Assembly: GCA_028023455.1 (NCBI GenBank)
Contig: JAQFVV010000005.1
Span: 13,268,001-13,332,000 of the forward strand
DNA length: 64,000 nt
Source of the DNA: Epiperipatus broadwayi
Taxonomy: Eukaryota > Animalia > Onychophora
Direction of reading: 5' to 3'
This document shows, piece after piece, positions 12,331 to 25,817 of the stretch. Positions within the stretch are counted from its first letter, which is position 1; each line of letters begins with the position of its first letter. Under the pieces are notes generated by a model that saw only the letters and a program-made list of their open reading frames with translations, was not told where the DNA came from and made no database searches. Position numbers and translations under genes: made by a program.

Positions 12331-12973
12331 ATACTAATCTATGTGTTATTACGGTCAGTTAAATTTATAAATAAAGTTTAAATTTTTCTAAAAGACATTC
12401 AGTTCTAATATTAGATGATGGGAATAGTCCACCAAATAATTATTTTTTAAATGCCATCACCACAAATCTTCAGACAAACATCAATACAATCCTTGAATAT
12501 ATATGCATATTGAAAACAGAACACAGACAAATTATTTTGAAAATTCACTATAATAGTCATTAATATTCTGCCTTTTAAATCTATTAATGAGCTCTTCATT
12601 TCTGATATACACATTTTATTTTTATACAATAATTTCATAAATAAAATAATATTTAAAATAATAGTAAAAATAAAAATGAAATATTCTCTATAATATTACT
12701 AATTGTAATAATAATAAAAACAAATTACTATCTACAATAAAAATAAAATATTTTATCATAATAATTTTTAAAAAAATATATTAAGGTTTTTTAATTCACA
12801 CATATATAATTAGAATATCTTACTATGGCTTTTTTGATAACTCAGTGAGCTTAATTTTAATCATAAATGTATTTATATATTATTTGGTCTCATTTAAAAT
12901 GAAATTATTAATATTGACTGAACAATGTTGATTTCTTATTTGTTAACTTCTATCTTCTAAGTATTGATAAATA

Positions 12974-13078
12974 GTCAAACATTGGTGGGCGAGAGGTCAA
13001 CGATGGCTGCTTTACAAGCAGTTGTTCCGTTAGCAGGTTCGCTTCCCGGCTGATGCTATGACACATGAGAGAAAAAAA
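12974..13078 (+). mobile_element. tRNA-Gly(TCC)-derived short retroposon with A tail and 15-bp TSD
   Basis: Aligns to the tRNA-Gly layout (TTGGTGG...GCTGC-loop-GCAGTT...GGTTCGxTTCCCGGCxxAxGC); loop now reads TAC; TSD AAGTATTGATAAATA at 12959-12973 and 13079-13093. Confidence 0.8.
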
Positions 13079-13499
13079 AAGTATTGATAAATATATAATT
13101 TTGTCATGATCTTGATAACTAAGAGGTAATGATAAACACTTTAATAATGGCAGGCAATCACTATTTTTAAAGCATTACTATCTCTGAACTTGTGATAGGC
13201 ATCAGTTTATGTTTGAGATATTATGTAATAGAGGCTCCTTTTTTTTTTCTTTTTTTTTTTAATGTTTTTAACACATGGCTTTGATGATTTTTATCTTTCA
13301 AAAATTTATTATAGATGAGATTTAATTTAACATTTAAAAATATTGCCAACAGCCATATACTTTTTGACACAAGAAACTCAACTTCTGTAATTTAGAATCT
13401 TTTCACATATTGACAAGATTACTTATTTTGATTAGTTGCAAATATTTTTTTCAAAGAGTCAATCATGGTTGAGGTGTTGAAGTTGGATACTAACAATTT

Positions 13500-15150
13500 C
13501 TAATAATGAGTAGAACTTTTTTGCCTTTCCAAGGTCTAGCATAGTCTAAATAAATCCATTCCCAGAATTCTGTTACCCACGGCCAACAGTTATCCTTTGG
13601 ATTATCTGGCATAGTTTAATTCATTGTGCATTGTTAGTATTAGTGTACCTGAAATTCTATTTCAGAGTATATATTTAGGTCACCAAACATAAGAGGTAGA
13701 CATTTTTATTTTCATTATTCCAAAGTGACCACTATTTGTGATCTTAGGGTGATACATTGATTTGATTGCCTTAAAAGGCATATTTATTCTCAGTGAATAA
13801 CTCATTCCTTTTTACCCCAAATGCTTTATAAATATATTATGGTTTTTAATAAGCCACTTTATGCAAATCCATTCCTCAGAAATTGATATGCATGGTCATT
13901 TTGCATCCAGTGAGCTATTACTTTACTGTTTATTTGATTACCATTTTAAAATAAATTATATTTATTAATGATTTTATTTCCTTTGATCAGTGAATGGTTT
14001 AAACCAGTTGCAGACCATTAAGTTACTATACACTTCTGCTGAAACTAGTAATGTGTGATTGAAAATGTCCAGATCTTTTCTAGATATCGACTTGATCTTC
14101 CCACAGGTATATAATTCACTTAATCTGACAGACAAAAACTAATTTGGGGATAGGCGTCAGATTGGCCTATTAATTCCTAGTTATTTTAACCCAATACTTA
14201 CCTAAGATAATAGAGACATTTGAGTTGGAATCAATTTCCATTGCCACAAAAGTACTATCAATAAAAAATTATTTTTTTTTTAGCTGGGCTTCACTTTGTT
14301 CATTAAGTGCATTTAGATACAATATTTTGCTATTTGATTCACAGTTTTGTTTATTAAATAAACTATTATCACTGTTCTATCTTCTTTAAAACAATAATAA
14401 TTTTGACTCTATCATAGTTATTTGGCATTTTATTTATCTGAAGCAATTACTGCAATACAGTTGGCCTTTAACCCTGTTTTTATCATGTCAGTTTTAATTC
14501 TGCATTTGCATCCAGAAAAGGCACAGACTGATTGTTTATTCTCTTAAGGTAATCTGAAATTCCATAGTGTAGAATGTAAACATTGGAATCCATCAATAAT
14601 CTACTCTCAATGCATGATCTTTCATATCATATATAAACCAATCTCTGAGTATCTCCACGAGAAATGTTCCAAAATCACAGGTTAATGGTATAACTTCACA
14701 ATTCAGATGCATAGTTAACTAGCTTTTCATCAGCTTCTTGATTGTGTAGGTTCAATTTATATCCTTGCATTATTATCAAAAGCTTTGGCATAAAATATGT
14801 ATTTAGAAATTCTATAGTGTTATCAAACATTAAATGAGTGTAGCAATGTACTGCCTGTGACATGAAAATGTCATAAGTAGCTGATTCATAGATATGAGCA
14901 TGTCCAACTTTAGTTCTGCCGTAATTTTATTAGTGTCCATACAAAAATTCAATCTATCAATATACATTGTTCATGATGTGAGAAAGTGAGATCAAATTCT
15001 TTAAGAGTTCTTATCCAAGTAATTACCAAGAAAAATAAATGCAAAACCAATGTATCAATGAGTATTCATTATTTTGCTTTATTAGCATTAACCATCATTC
15101 AAAACAACCTGTGTATCCAGATGAATCTCAGTCTCATAGTTGTCATCAGT
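13500..15150 (-). mobile_element. Heavily decayed coding remnant, probably transposon-derived
   Basis: GC-richer block; RC gives THNQEADEKLVNYA, similar to the HEEADT motif of a widespread uncharacterised invertebrate repeat protein; stops in all frames. Confidence 0.3.
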
Positions 15151-17241
15151 TAAACTCAAATTAATATTTTAAGTGTTTTATTATATATAAAAACATAGTT
15201 AAATGTAAGAAAATCTCCAATAACAATTATTGAGTTCATTCACAATACATATATAGGTCTGATAATTATTAAGAAGTTTTTAAACCATGTGCTGATTCTT
15301 GAGTCTCTAGACAACTGTCACTGCAGGTCAAAAAAGATTCAAAAGATAGCTTGTTTTCTTCTAAAGAACAAAGGGAATGAACTATGGTGGGGAATATGCT
15401 AATATACCTATTATTTCCATTGACAAATTTGTATATAAACAATATTGCTGAATCTAAATGACAAGTTTATTTTTTAAGAGTATGGACTGACTTTTGTAGG
15501 ATAAGAGCTACTTGTAATTATTTCCAAATTTTTATGGTTTACTAACAAATGGTGATCATGTGATGTTTATTATACTAAAAAGGAACAATAATAATTGCAA
15601 ATGATGATAGTGTCCTATCAGTTGTCATAAATACAACTTTAAAAATTTGATTGTTTTCCTCTGGTACATATTTTTGAAAATGCAGTAAACATCTTCACTT
15701 GTGTGTTTTTTTTTTAAATATAATATTGTTAATATCCAAATACAAAGCTAATACATGTCAAGTATGTTAGAAGATTAATAAAACTGAAAAAAAAAAAAAC
15801 AAGAGCAGTTAATTATATCTTCAGTTAAATGTTAAACCAGGTCAGAATTAACATTTCAGTGCAATGTTTAATAATTTTACAAGAAAGTCATACATTTTTA
15901 AATTGCTGAAACAGTTTCATTTTTGTTTTTGAACCATTCAAATAATGAATTGCTGACTTTTAAATATGCATTTTCACCATCTTTTTATCTGCAAAATATT
16001 TATGTTTTGTTAACATCTAAAAGTGGTGATACTGTTGCAGTTTTGGATTTAGTTATGATTGTGGCTATTTAACTTTTGTTTGAGCAATTTTATTTTTTAA
16101 TAAAAAATATTTATCTCAACTTACATGCATGGGTTTAATTCTCATTTTTTTGGAAGTAATACACACTTACATGATATATATAACAAACATATTTGGCCTC
16201 TTCACACATTTTTGTTTTCTTTATATTTGTTTTAAAATAACACCTACCTTTTAAAATACAATAAAATACTATTTTTTACAATAAACTACTAAAATCTTTT
16301 CATCTGAAGCAATAAAAGAAATACAGTTATTGGCTTTATGACTAACTGATCTGATGATTTGTAATCAATGTATGCATAATCATGCATTTTGAAAGAGCAC
16401 ACTTGTGTCATCTAACACATTCATTGATTGCCCAATTACACATGACTACCTCAATTATGAAGATTTCATGATCATATTTCTGTTTAAAATATATATTTTA
16501 TGTTAGCTATCTAATCTAGCATAATGTAGCACCAGTTACTATTATTTTCTTACAATTTAAATGATCATTTTAAAATTTCTTGCTGGTCCTCCACTGCACC
16601 ACAAACATTACTTTGCCCACTCCTGTTTTATAGGTTTTGACCTGTTTATCAAATCTTTGTTTAACAAAAAATATTTCTAAAACATATTTAAATAATGATT
16701 TTAAATTCTTACTCCTGTTTTTTGTAAACAATGAAATCTTTTTAATATATTTTATATAAAAATAAAAAACATCTTTTCTATATTTTTTTGGTACCGCTCA
16801 GTGCATACTCATCTCAATATTGCCACGGTGTAATCATTCACCAGCACAGAAAGTCAGTCCACCTAAATAAATCCATTATGCATGCACATCATGAAAAACA
16901 TCCAAAACCTAAATGAATTACAGGTATTAAATCTTAAATTCTTATGTCAACAGCTTAACAATATGATTTTTCATATAATTTTAATATAGATAGAAAATAC
17001 AATTTTAATTAAGTTATTTGAGGGGAAAAAACGTTCATTTGAATATATAAGTATATAAACCATATATATTTTTGTTATTTTGTTAATAAAATCCATCAAA
17101 ATAAAAGCAATCCAATAATAAAATAATGCTAAAAAAACTTCTGAATATGCAACTTACATATGTGTGGTTGCTATTACTTTCAGTATAACATGAGACCTAA
17201 TTACTTTAATAAATAGATATATGTATATTTCCAAGGATTAC

Positions 17242-17334
17242 CTGGAGTTGTACAATCACAGCCTCCATAACCATTGTCACAATAACATAATCCATCAATG
17301 CAAACTCCATTCTGGCAGGGAGGGTTACAGTTAT
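17242..17334 (-). CDS. Exon encoding an EGF-like domain (NCNPPCQNGVCIDGLCYCDNGYGGCDCTTP)
   Basis: EGF cysteine spacing; acceptor ttttatttgtag|AT, donor G|gtaatc; 93 bp, phase 1-1; in frame with the 9313-9429 exon. Confidence 0.85.
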
Positions 17335-17766
17335 CTACAAATAAAATAATTAGTAGTATAAAATACTTCTTAAACAAGTACACAAAATGCACAAAAAAAT
17401 TCAATTCTATACTTTATTTACCAAATCCCTATTATTAATAGACATGCAATTTTGTCAGTACTTACACAAATTTGGTACCTGTGGGTTTTCAAGTAAACTA
17501 AGATAGCAGCCTGTATTTTTGAAAAATCTAGTTTCAGGGCCCCCAAAAATGTTTATAAAAAAATACCTGCTAGGAAATGTTATATTTAATATTTACACTT
17601 TATTTTTGTTACTGTTATTTTTAAAAAAGAAATCATTGTGGAAAAATTAATTACAATATTTGCAGTTTATTGTCTTTTTTGGATTAACTTAATAACAGAA
17701 AAATACAATATTTACACTTTATTCATGTTAGCGGTATGCAATCATATTGTGATCATTAATGCATAC

Positions 17767-17811
17767 TTTTCACGAGGGCAGGATCCTGCACCTTTGGAAA
17801 TAATCCATTGC
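17767..17811 (-). CDS. Possible 45-bp linker exon of the EGF gene (GNGLFPKVQDPALVK)
   Basis: GC-richer island with gatgcag|GC acceptor and A|gtatgc donor, phase 1-1, open in the frame of the next exon; no domain motif. Confidence 0.35.
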
Positions 17812-19238
17812 CTGCATCACATAAGTGAAAAAAAATATTGACATAAAGCTTCTTAATGAAATTTATTGGAATTTGTTCCTTTTTTTAAATTTAACAATTG
17901 ATTTATTAATTTTGTTTTAATTCAAAAACTAACACATCTTCAGCATATTATAAGCCCTTGAAACTATACATTTATCATAAATACAGTCTGTCATCTTCGT
18001 TTACTTGAAAACTCACAATTACCACAAATTCTTCTCAATATAACAATTGTAGACAATTAACTGTTTGTATAAATGTTACATTTTCTGTCTAAAGACAGGT
18101 TGTAAGTAATTAGGCAATAAAATACTATGACCAAGTAAAAGGTGTTACTATTCCATTTCTTGCCATTTTTACTGTTTTTTTTACCATATCAAATTTAAAG
18201 TCACATCATAACATAAAATAATAAATCTTTTTACATTGGTAAGAAATATAAATGGTAGGAAGGATAAGAGTTTACAAAATAATTAATTTGAAAGTACTTG
18301 CTTAAATTAATATAAATATATTCTGCATAAATAAATATAGAGAAAAATTTGCTCAACCAAATGAAAGTACTGCACTCAGATTGCTATTTGTGAGAACATC
18401 AATCGATTTTCCCAATGAGCTGCATCAAATAAATAATAAATAGATTGTCTTTTTGTTAACTACCATAATTTTACATTTCATACACATAGAAAATTTTTAA
18501 TTAATATTTAGAATTTTTTCAGATAATCAATACAATTAAAATCCATCACTAAATAACAATTGCATGAATAGTTACTTTTAAATTAAAAACATTAGAACTC
18601 TATTTCATTTTAAATGTATGATTCTTTAGAACACTCATTGGATTTTAAAAAACAATGTAACAAGAGAAATGTAATGTATCCACATTTGTAACAAGAATGA
18701 GTAGAAAGAAATGATAAATGAATTAGAAATTTAATCACTTACTATTAAATTCATATTAAATAAAATCAAATGGTATATATTATAATTTCTGTTCTCATAA
18801 TCTGTAACAACTTCAATAATTAATTTAAATTCTTTTGTCTTATAAAAGTAATAGATTGACTTTTATAAATAATGATACACAAACATAATAAATAAATGAT
18901 TAAATAAAATGTATTTTTTTGTTTTTTAAATGTGAAAAAAATAAAGAAATGAAGTTAATATTTTTTTAAAATTTTAATTTATTTTTTATGATGATAAAAT
19001 TATTTTAGTCATTTTTTTATTATAATTCTTGATTTTACAATTATGCTACTAGGTTTTTTTATAATGTCAATTTCAAAACAAATTTACCTTGCTAATTAAA
19101 AAACATTTAGTCTTGTTATCAAAAGAAAAAAATTTGCTAAAAAAATTCACTAATATTGTGCTTTAACCTGAATTTATTTATTTGTTATTGACAAGCCAAA
19201 TTTTTTATGAATTTGTGAACTTAAATGGTAGTATCTTT

Positions 19239-19338
19239 CTCTCCACAATAGTACCACCTAGTGCAAGCCACGATAATCAATGAATGCAGAAGGTCTGTGC
19301 ATAAAAATACCTGGTCATCCAAAATTCTCAGACTATTT
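19239..19338 (-). mobile_element. Partial family-A element lacking the ribozyme core
   Basis: ctctcc..agtgcaagcca..taatcaatg..cagaagg..tgtgcataaaa..catccaa..cagactattt aligns to 815-928. Confidence 0.7.
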
Positions 19339-19584
19339 TTAAATAAAGTTAAATTTACAGCTATGATATTTTGAAGTGCATTAATCAATCAAACTGGTTC
19401 TGCAGGCTAAAAATAAACAATAGTAAATTAAATATTTAAAAACCAGGCACTCTTCACAAACCTGTGAGCTTAATTGTAAGTATAGAGGATTTTGAACTCA
19501 GATTTTCAAGCACCCTTCAACTATCCACACTATCTCATACAACTGAAACATATGACCACACACATGTAGAAAAGATTAACAATC

Positions 19585-19628
19585 ACCAATATACGTATTT
19601 CATGCTAAACCAGCACTCATCAGTTGGT
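19585..19628 (-). ncRNA. Intact minimal type-I hammerhead ribozyme, family C
   Basis: RC = ACCAA CUGAUGA GUGCU GGUUU AGCAU GAAA UACGUA UA|UUGGU; perfect helix I, 5-bp helix II, palindromic helix-III loop. Confidence 0.85.
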
Positions 19629-19964
19629 CCAGATTATCATCTCCCACACATATATATATAATCAATGCTCAGTTTATATTAAGATAGCAAATCTTCATTC
19701 TTTAATGGACAGGCTTCAATCCACCGCAATCTCCAACTTTTCAGCCATCCATATCATTGAAAATCTGATGATGAAAACTCAAATTCCATGCTGATGCTAA
19801 TATTATTGGGATTTGAGTTTTTATCATCAGATTTTCAATGATATGGATGGCTGAAAAGTTGGAGGTTGCAGTGGATTGAAGCCTGTCCATTAAAGAATAA
19901 AGATTTGCTATCTTAATATAAACTGAGCATTGATTATATATGTGTGTGGGAGATGATAATCTGG

Positions 19965-20008
19965 ACCAACTGATGAGTGCTGGTTTAGCATGAAATACAT
20001 ATATTGGT
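19965..20008 (+). ncRNA. Hammerhead ribozyme, family C (loop palindrome broken by CpG decay)
   Basis: ACCAA CUGAUGA GUGCU GGUUU AGCAU GAAA UACAUA UA|UUGGU. Confidence 0.8.
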
Positions 20009-20140
20009 GATTGTTAATCTTTTCTGCATGTGTGTGGTCATATGTTTCAGTTGTATGAGATAGTGTGGATAGTTGAAGGGTGCTTGAAAATCTGAGTTCA
20101 AATCCTCTATACTTACAATAGTAAACTGTATAAGCTACTT

Positions 20141-20533
20141 AATAATATTTCTGTAGTCCAATTTTCACTACATCACTCTCATGCAAAGTAGGGACAAGTT
20201 TCTACCCACTTTTAACACATTGTGGAGGGGTATAACAATAAACATATAATAATAAACATATGGCCAAAACATGAGAAAAAGATGCATACTTCCCAAGATG
20301 CACATTTTGTGCTGAAGCTGCACTTATCAGTTGGCCCACATGACAATCTCTTACAAATATCTTTATCATTACTCAGTATATATAGATAACCAATTACTAC
20401 AGTTTAATTGATGTGTCAAATTTACTACTATCACAACTTTGTTACAAACCACTTGATAGAAGTATATTAATATTTTTTATTAATTATTCATTAGACTAGA
20501 GATTATCCTCTTAATGAATAATATGTCTGTAGT
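20141..20533 (-). mobile_element. About 390-bp terminally redundant element (family C2) with a decayed hammerhead at 20292-20336
   Basis: AATAATAT(T/G)TCTGTAGT at both ends (376-bp period); RC GGCCAA CUGAUAA GUGC AGCUUCA GCAC AAAA UGUGCA UC UUGGG; second copy at 55826-56187. Confidence 0.7.
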
Positions 20534-23500
20534 TTGTAAGAATGGTGTAGTGAAAATTACACTATACAAATATTCTTTATTGAGTAATTCTGTCATTCTT
20601 TGTTTATTGTTCATCTTGGAGGTGCAATAGACCGTAGTCCTTCAATATTATTGAGACGACTACCATGCTGGATTTTTTTAAATCTAGGACTTGGGATAAT
20701 TCAAAAGACTGGCTCTCTACCCTATTTTCATTTATTAGCTTCTTAGATGATTCATTTGTTTTCAAACAATATTATTATCAGACAGCATTATTCATGTTTT
20801 AACAGTATCTTTAACATTTTTGCACAATACTGCTTTTAAATCAAGCTATGGGGTTATATTATTTCATTTATCTAGTAATTCACTACTTTTATTTTATTGT
20901 CTGGTATCTTCTGTAGTGTTGAAAAACAACAATTCTATGAGATTCATCAGCATTTCTGAATATAATTTTTTTGTATTGTCGAAAAAACGTTCCAGTGATT
21001 ACAACTTCATGAATATGCTTATAGTTGATCTTATTTAATATGCTTAAGTTGCTGGGATCCTTTTTCAGTTATACCTTTCAACTCTGAGAGAAACAAAAGT
21101 GTCAAAACATCACAAATTTCTTTACTATTTAAACTTTTTAACTTCTGCAAAGTAAAATCAGTTCTATTATCTGAAGCTAATGTATTAGAGTAATTGATAG
21201 ACAAATATTGTTACCAAAGCACTTTGATGTTCTTCACATTTAGAGTAAGTTTCTATGATCAGTAAAACAAATGGCCATCAAAGTGACTAACATCATTCAT
21301 ATGTATTTGTTAGGCTGAGGCTACAACTCATTCTTTTGTGATCAATCTAGTATATATTGGCAGGCCATACAATACTTAATTTCATGCTTGAAGTGGTTGT
21401 TCAGATCTGATCATCATATATATAATCTTGCAAAAGCTTTGGTTCTTATGGTGCCAGGTTATAACATTAAAATGTAACTTCTGCTTGTAAATGGAATCAA
21501 TACTTTACATATAGACAAACTATCATAAACATTCCACTCTATACCTAGGTTATTCATGAGGCCACTATTCTCTAATCCACAAACTTACAAATTAATATTG
21601 GAATTTCTTTCATGCATTTGGCTTCAATAGCACTGTTTAACATTGTTGACTTTATAATGCCTATATAATTCTGCTATTTGTCTACACTTGTCATTCTAGA
21701 ATTTTAGCTAAATGCAACTGCTTGACTAATTTTTTTTTTTTTGGGGGGGGGGGTATGAATGAACTTCAAATCACATGCTGTTTTTATTTTACTTTATATT
21801 ACAGTATTCCTGAGACTGATTGACATAAATTTTAAAAGCACACCCATAAAAATACTGATGTATCTAGGAATTATTTGTCCATTTCGCTATTAGTCTTTTC
21901 TGTTGTGAATAAGATTGGATATATAAACAGTACCATTTCCTGCTATATATCTGATGTGAAATAACTTCTAATACCACATCTTGAAGCATATGTGATTACC
22001 AATAATTTTTGGTCATATTTATATTTTACTGGGAGTTGATTCAATGTTAATAAACTTCCAAGTTTTAATTAATATTTCTTTTTGTTCAATTACTTGTTTT
22101 AATCATTGTTTCGTTCTTTTAGTAATCATGCAAGGGAGTCACTATGTGAGTTTTTCCTTTTAAAAACTCTCAAAAAAAATTAAAATATCCAAAATATGCT
22201 TGCTGCTCCTTAACCTTTTAGGTTTAGGATCATTGTTAACAACATTGATTCTGGATTTGGATACTTTATTACTGAACACAAGTATGAAAAATTTAATTTT
22301 AGTCATACACCAAATACACTTTGATGCATTTAAATGTTGCTGCAAATTTCTTTAAATATTTACAAATTTTTTCATATATGAACATAATTTGATTTCAGTT
22401 TTGCCATTATCTATGTACCATCCAGATATGGAATGAGTCCTTCAATATTCTGTATGTTCATCTTATCTTGAAATATATTCAGGATGATAGTTTTATAAGG
22501 GTCTTTTTAATATTTATATAATCGCAAATGCATTTTTATTTGTCAGAAGTTTTTTTGAACTTGTTGTTATTAAGATCTGGTGAAATATAGACTGGAAAGC
22601 AAGATTGGGGGGAAATGATACTTTTTAAAGCAATGTTAAAATGTCACAAAAGTTTGGTATGTAATGATCATCCTTATTAATATATTTATTTGTTGCTCAA
22701 TAGTCATCATTTACAAGAATAGTTATGTTTGGTTTCATTATTATAAGTGTTGTCCAAATTTACTCTTCAATAGGTATAATTATTTTTTATATTGTAAGTC
22801 ACTGAATGTTTTTTTCTACCTCATTTTCTAATGTAAAGATAAGACTCTTAGGATTACATTTGACATCTTAGTTGAGGTCTGAGAAACTCACCTTTATTGT
22901 TTGTAAAAAACAATCTTATTATCTGCAAAATCTAGATGGCTTAAATAATCTCTATTTACTTTTGTTCCTTTAACTCCCAATTTTATTCATGAAAATAATA
23001 ATAGTGAAATACGTTTTCATAATCTATAAATCTAAAATTAATTGTAACTAACATTTTTTAGTGTTTTCTGTAATGTCTAGTTAATTAGTAGATTATATAA
23101 AGGCATTTAATTCTATAAGCATTTCTACAGTGATTCAAGAATTGGATGATGATATCTCCAAAATATTTTACAGTACTTTATAAGATTTTGGATCATCAAT
23201 GTGCATTATCAGGACAAGGCATTTTAATGAATATTTATAGCACTTAGGTAGCATGGTGATATTATGGTTAACTTTGATAATGATATGCAACAGAATTCAC
23301 CTAAATGTCTTGCAATAGTTTTACAAGAATTATTTTATGAATTAAAATGAGAAGCTAATAGAATAAAATTTAAAAAGACATCAAATTATCTAGATTTTGA
23401 CATATTTTTGTAAATACCTGAATGAATTGAATTTATCTTCAAGATAAAGTCAATTAAATCTATTTCAATTGGATGATTCTTTATGTTTTAATGGAAATTT

Positions 23501-23599
23501 AAAGGAAGTATTTTAAATTAAGTAAATTTAACATGATACTTGGTAGACTCAATTTTGCCAAAATGTTGATAATACAATATTTATTCTTTTTTTTTTTAG

Positions 23600-25817
23600 G
23601 TTGGCTGGAACATTTATCTGGAAAACTTAAAGACCTTCAGCTATGATTATTATGAATGTATTGACAGCAGAAATTTCACCATATGAGAACTTTTGCATGG
23701 AGTAATTCCTTAGTGGAAAATTGCTGAAGAAATTACTTTGCAAATACCAAAATATATATGTCTATTTAATTTAACATTTTTAATATAATCAAAAAAATTA
23801 TTTGTGGATAAAAGTTTTATAACATTGGTAGATTTAAAATATCATTTAAAATGCATGAAGGAAATATTGTATAAAAATCTTTCTAGAACTATTTATTCAG
23901 CTTCAAGATTGCTTTAAGATCATTCTAAAGTACTTCAAAAGTCATACAGAGAGGAAAACATTCCCAATGTCAATTATTCATTACAAGACTTAAAAAAATT
24001 ATTTAAAAAATTTATGAAATAAATCACTGTGGAGAAAAGCTTTTTCATTGGATTTATAGCAGATACAACAATGTCTTAAAAAGTTATTTATAAGTACATG
24101 AAGAAATTTATATTCAGTAACCTTTCATGTACACCATATATAATTACAATGTTGCTAAAAATGAACTTTAAAATACACATGAAAGGATTAATTCAAGGGG
24201 AAAATATTTTGACTATAATTTATATGATTACAAGACAATTGTTAAAAAATGAATTAGCATTAATCAGAAAATGTACTCATGGAAAAGAAAAGCTTTCACT
24301 GCATCTTAAGTTGTTATAGAATTGATGTTAGTCATCCATACATATACATGAAAGAATATATATGAGGGGATCTCTAAAATGCTTTATATGTGATTCAAAA
24401 CTATTGAAAAAGACAGTTATAAACAATTTGAAGTAGTTCATACAGATACAAATTTCCAATGCATCTTGTGTGATTTTAAGATATCCAAAAAAGATAATTT
24501 CAAATAAGAATGATTCACATAGGAAATAAACCTTTTCACTGTTCCTTGTGTGCTTATTTTAAAATACATAATTTAATTCATATAGAAGAAACATCATTCC
24601 AGTGCCCATTGTGTGATTTAAAAACAGAAACAAAAAGTATTTTAAAATTACATAAAATATCTCATTCAAGCAAAAAAGTTTTGGAATATTTTTCATGCAA
24701 TTACAAGGCTTCTAGATATACATTAAAATTTCACTTAAGAACTCACACAGAAAAAAAGCGTTTTCAGTGCATTTGGTGCAGTTACAAAGTGAGTAGAAAA
24801 GGTTCTATAAAATCACATGAAAGAATTCATACTAAAGAAAAACTTTTGTATCTTGGATGATTTCAAGGCAGACACAAAAAAACATGTAAAATTCCATGAA
24901 ATAACACATATAGAAAAAAAAATCTTTCCAATGTTTTTCAAAAATTACAATTTAAAAGATGAAAGAATGCACACTAGAGAATTTTTCAAGTGCTCCATGT
25001 ATAACTACAAGACTGGATTAAATGGAAACTTAAAAGTACATTTAAGAACTCACACAAGAGAAAAGCCATTTCAATGTACTCAGTCTAGTTACAAGACTAT
25101 TGCAAAAAAATCACTACAATTGCATGAAAGAATGCATGCCAGAGACAAACTTTTCCATTGGATCTTATGTGATTATGAGTCAATCACAAAAAATAGTTTA
25201 AAACTACATGAAAAAACTCATGCTGAAAAAAAATCTTTCCAGTGTGGTTTTATGTGATTACAAGACTGTTCTAAAGCATAATTTCAAAAGACATGAAATG
25301 ACTCATACTGTATTGAAATCTTATCAATGCATCTTGTGTAATTCCAAAACAACTAGAAAACAAAATTTAAAAAGTCATGAAATAACTCATAAAAAAGAAA
25401 AATCCTTTCATTCCTTTAACAGTAATAACAATATTATTATAAAAAGTTATTTAAAGTTAAATGAAGCAGATTATTTTAGGATAAAATGTTTTCAATGCAA
25501 TTATAGTTCTGCTGAAAAATCTTCTTTAGAAAGACACGAAAAAATTCATATAAAGGAAAATATATTTCATTGCAGTTCGTGTGAGTATAAAATTGTGATT
25601 GAACATAGTCTGATAAAACATAAAAATATTCATATGAATAATTCTCCATTGCAATTGGTTGTTAATAAATAAAAAAATTTCATTGAAGAGTGTCAGACGA
25701 ATGCTGAAATGTTTTTTATGTGATGACAAAGTTTCTGAAAAATGTGTTTTGGAACTCCATGAAGCAAATCATTTCACTGATCAGGATATCATTTTGTTTC
25801 TTATACAATTCTGTTAA
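23600..25817 (+). pseudogene. C2H2 zinc-finger array gene copy A, disrupted
   Basis: Repeated CxxCxYK...LKxHxxxH fingers with HT(R/E)EKPFQC linkers across several frames; stops and frameshifts; ttttag|GTTGGCTGG acceptor. Confidence 0.85.

Larger units (their letters stand above)
19473..20119. mobile_element. 647-bp near-perfect palindrome (family C) with a hammerhead in each arm
   Basis: Arms of about 310 bp with only a handful of differences; loop about 19785-19808. Confidence 0.9.

Noticed and set aside
16790-16852. GC-richer exon-like island with a tag|GT acceptor
   Set aside because: Stops in all three frames (GGLTFCAGE* in the EGF phase); cannot be supported as an internal exon, and a terminal-exon or recoding role has no evidence
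21727-21753. T-run followed by a G11 run
   Set aside because: A single G tract, insufficient for an intramolecular G-quadruplex; may be homopolymer noise
22000-23500. Possible decayed DNA-transposon (BED/hAT-like) coding remnant
   Set aside because: Only a fragmentary LQQHLNASK-type motif after assumed frameshifts; too weak to call
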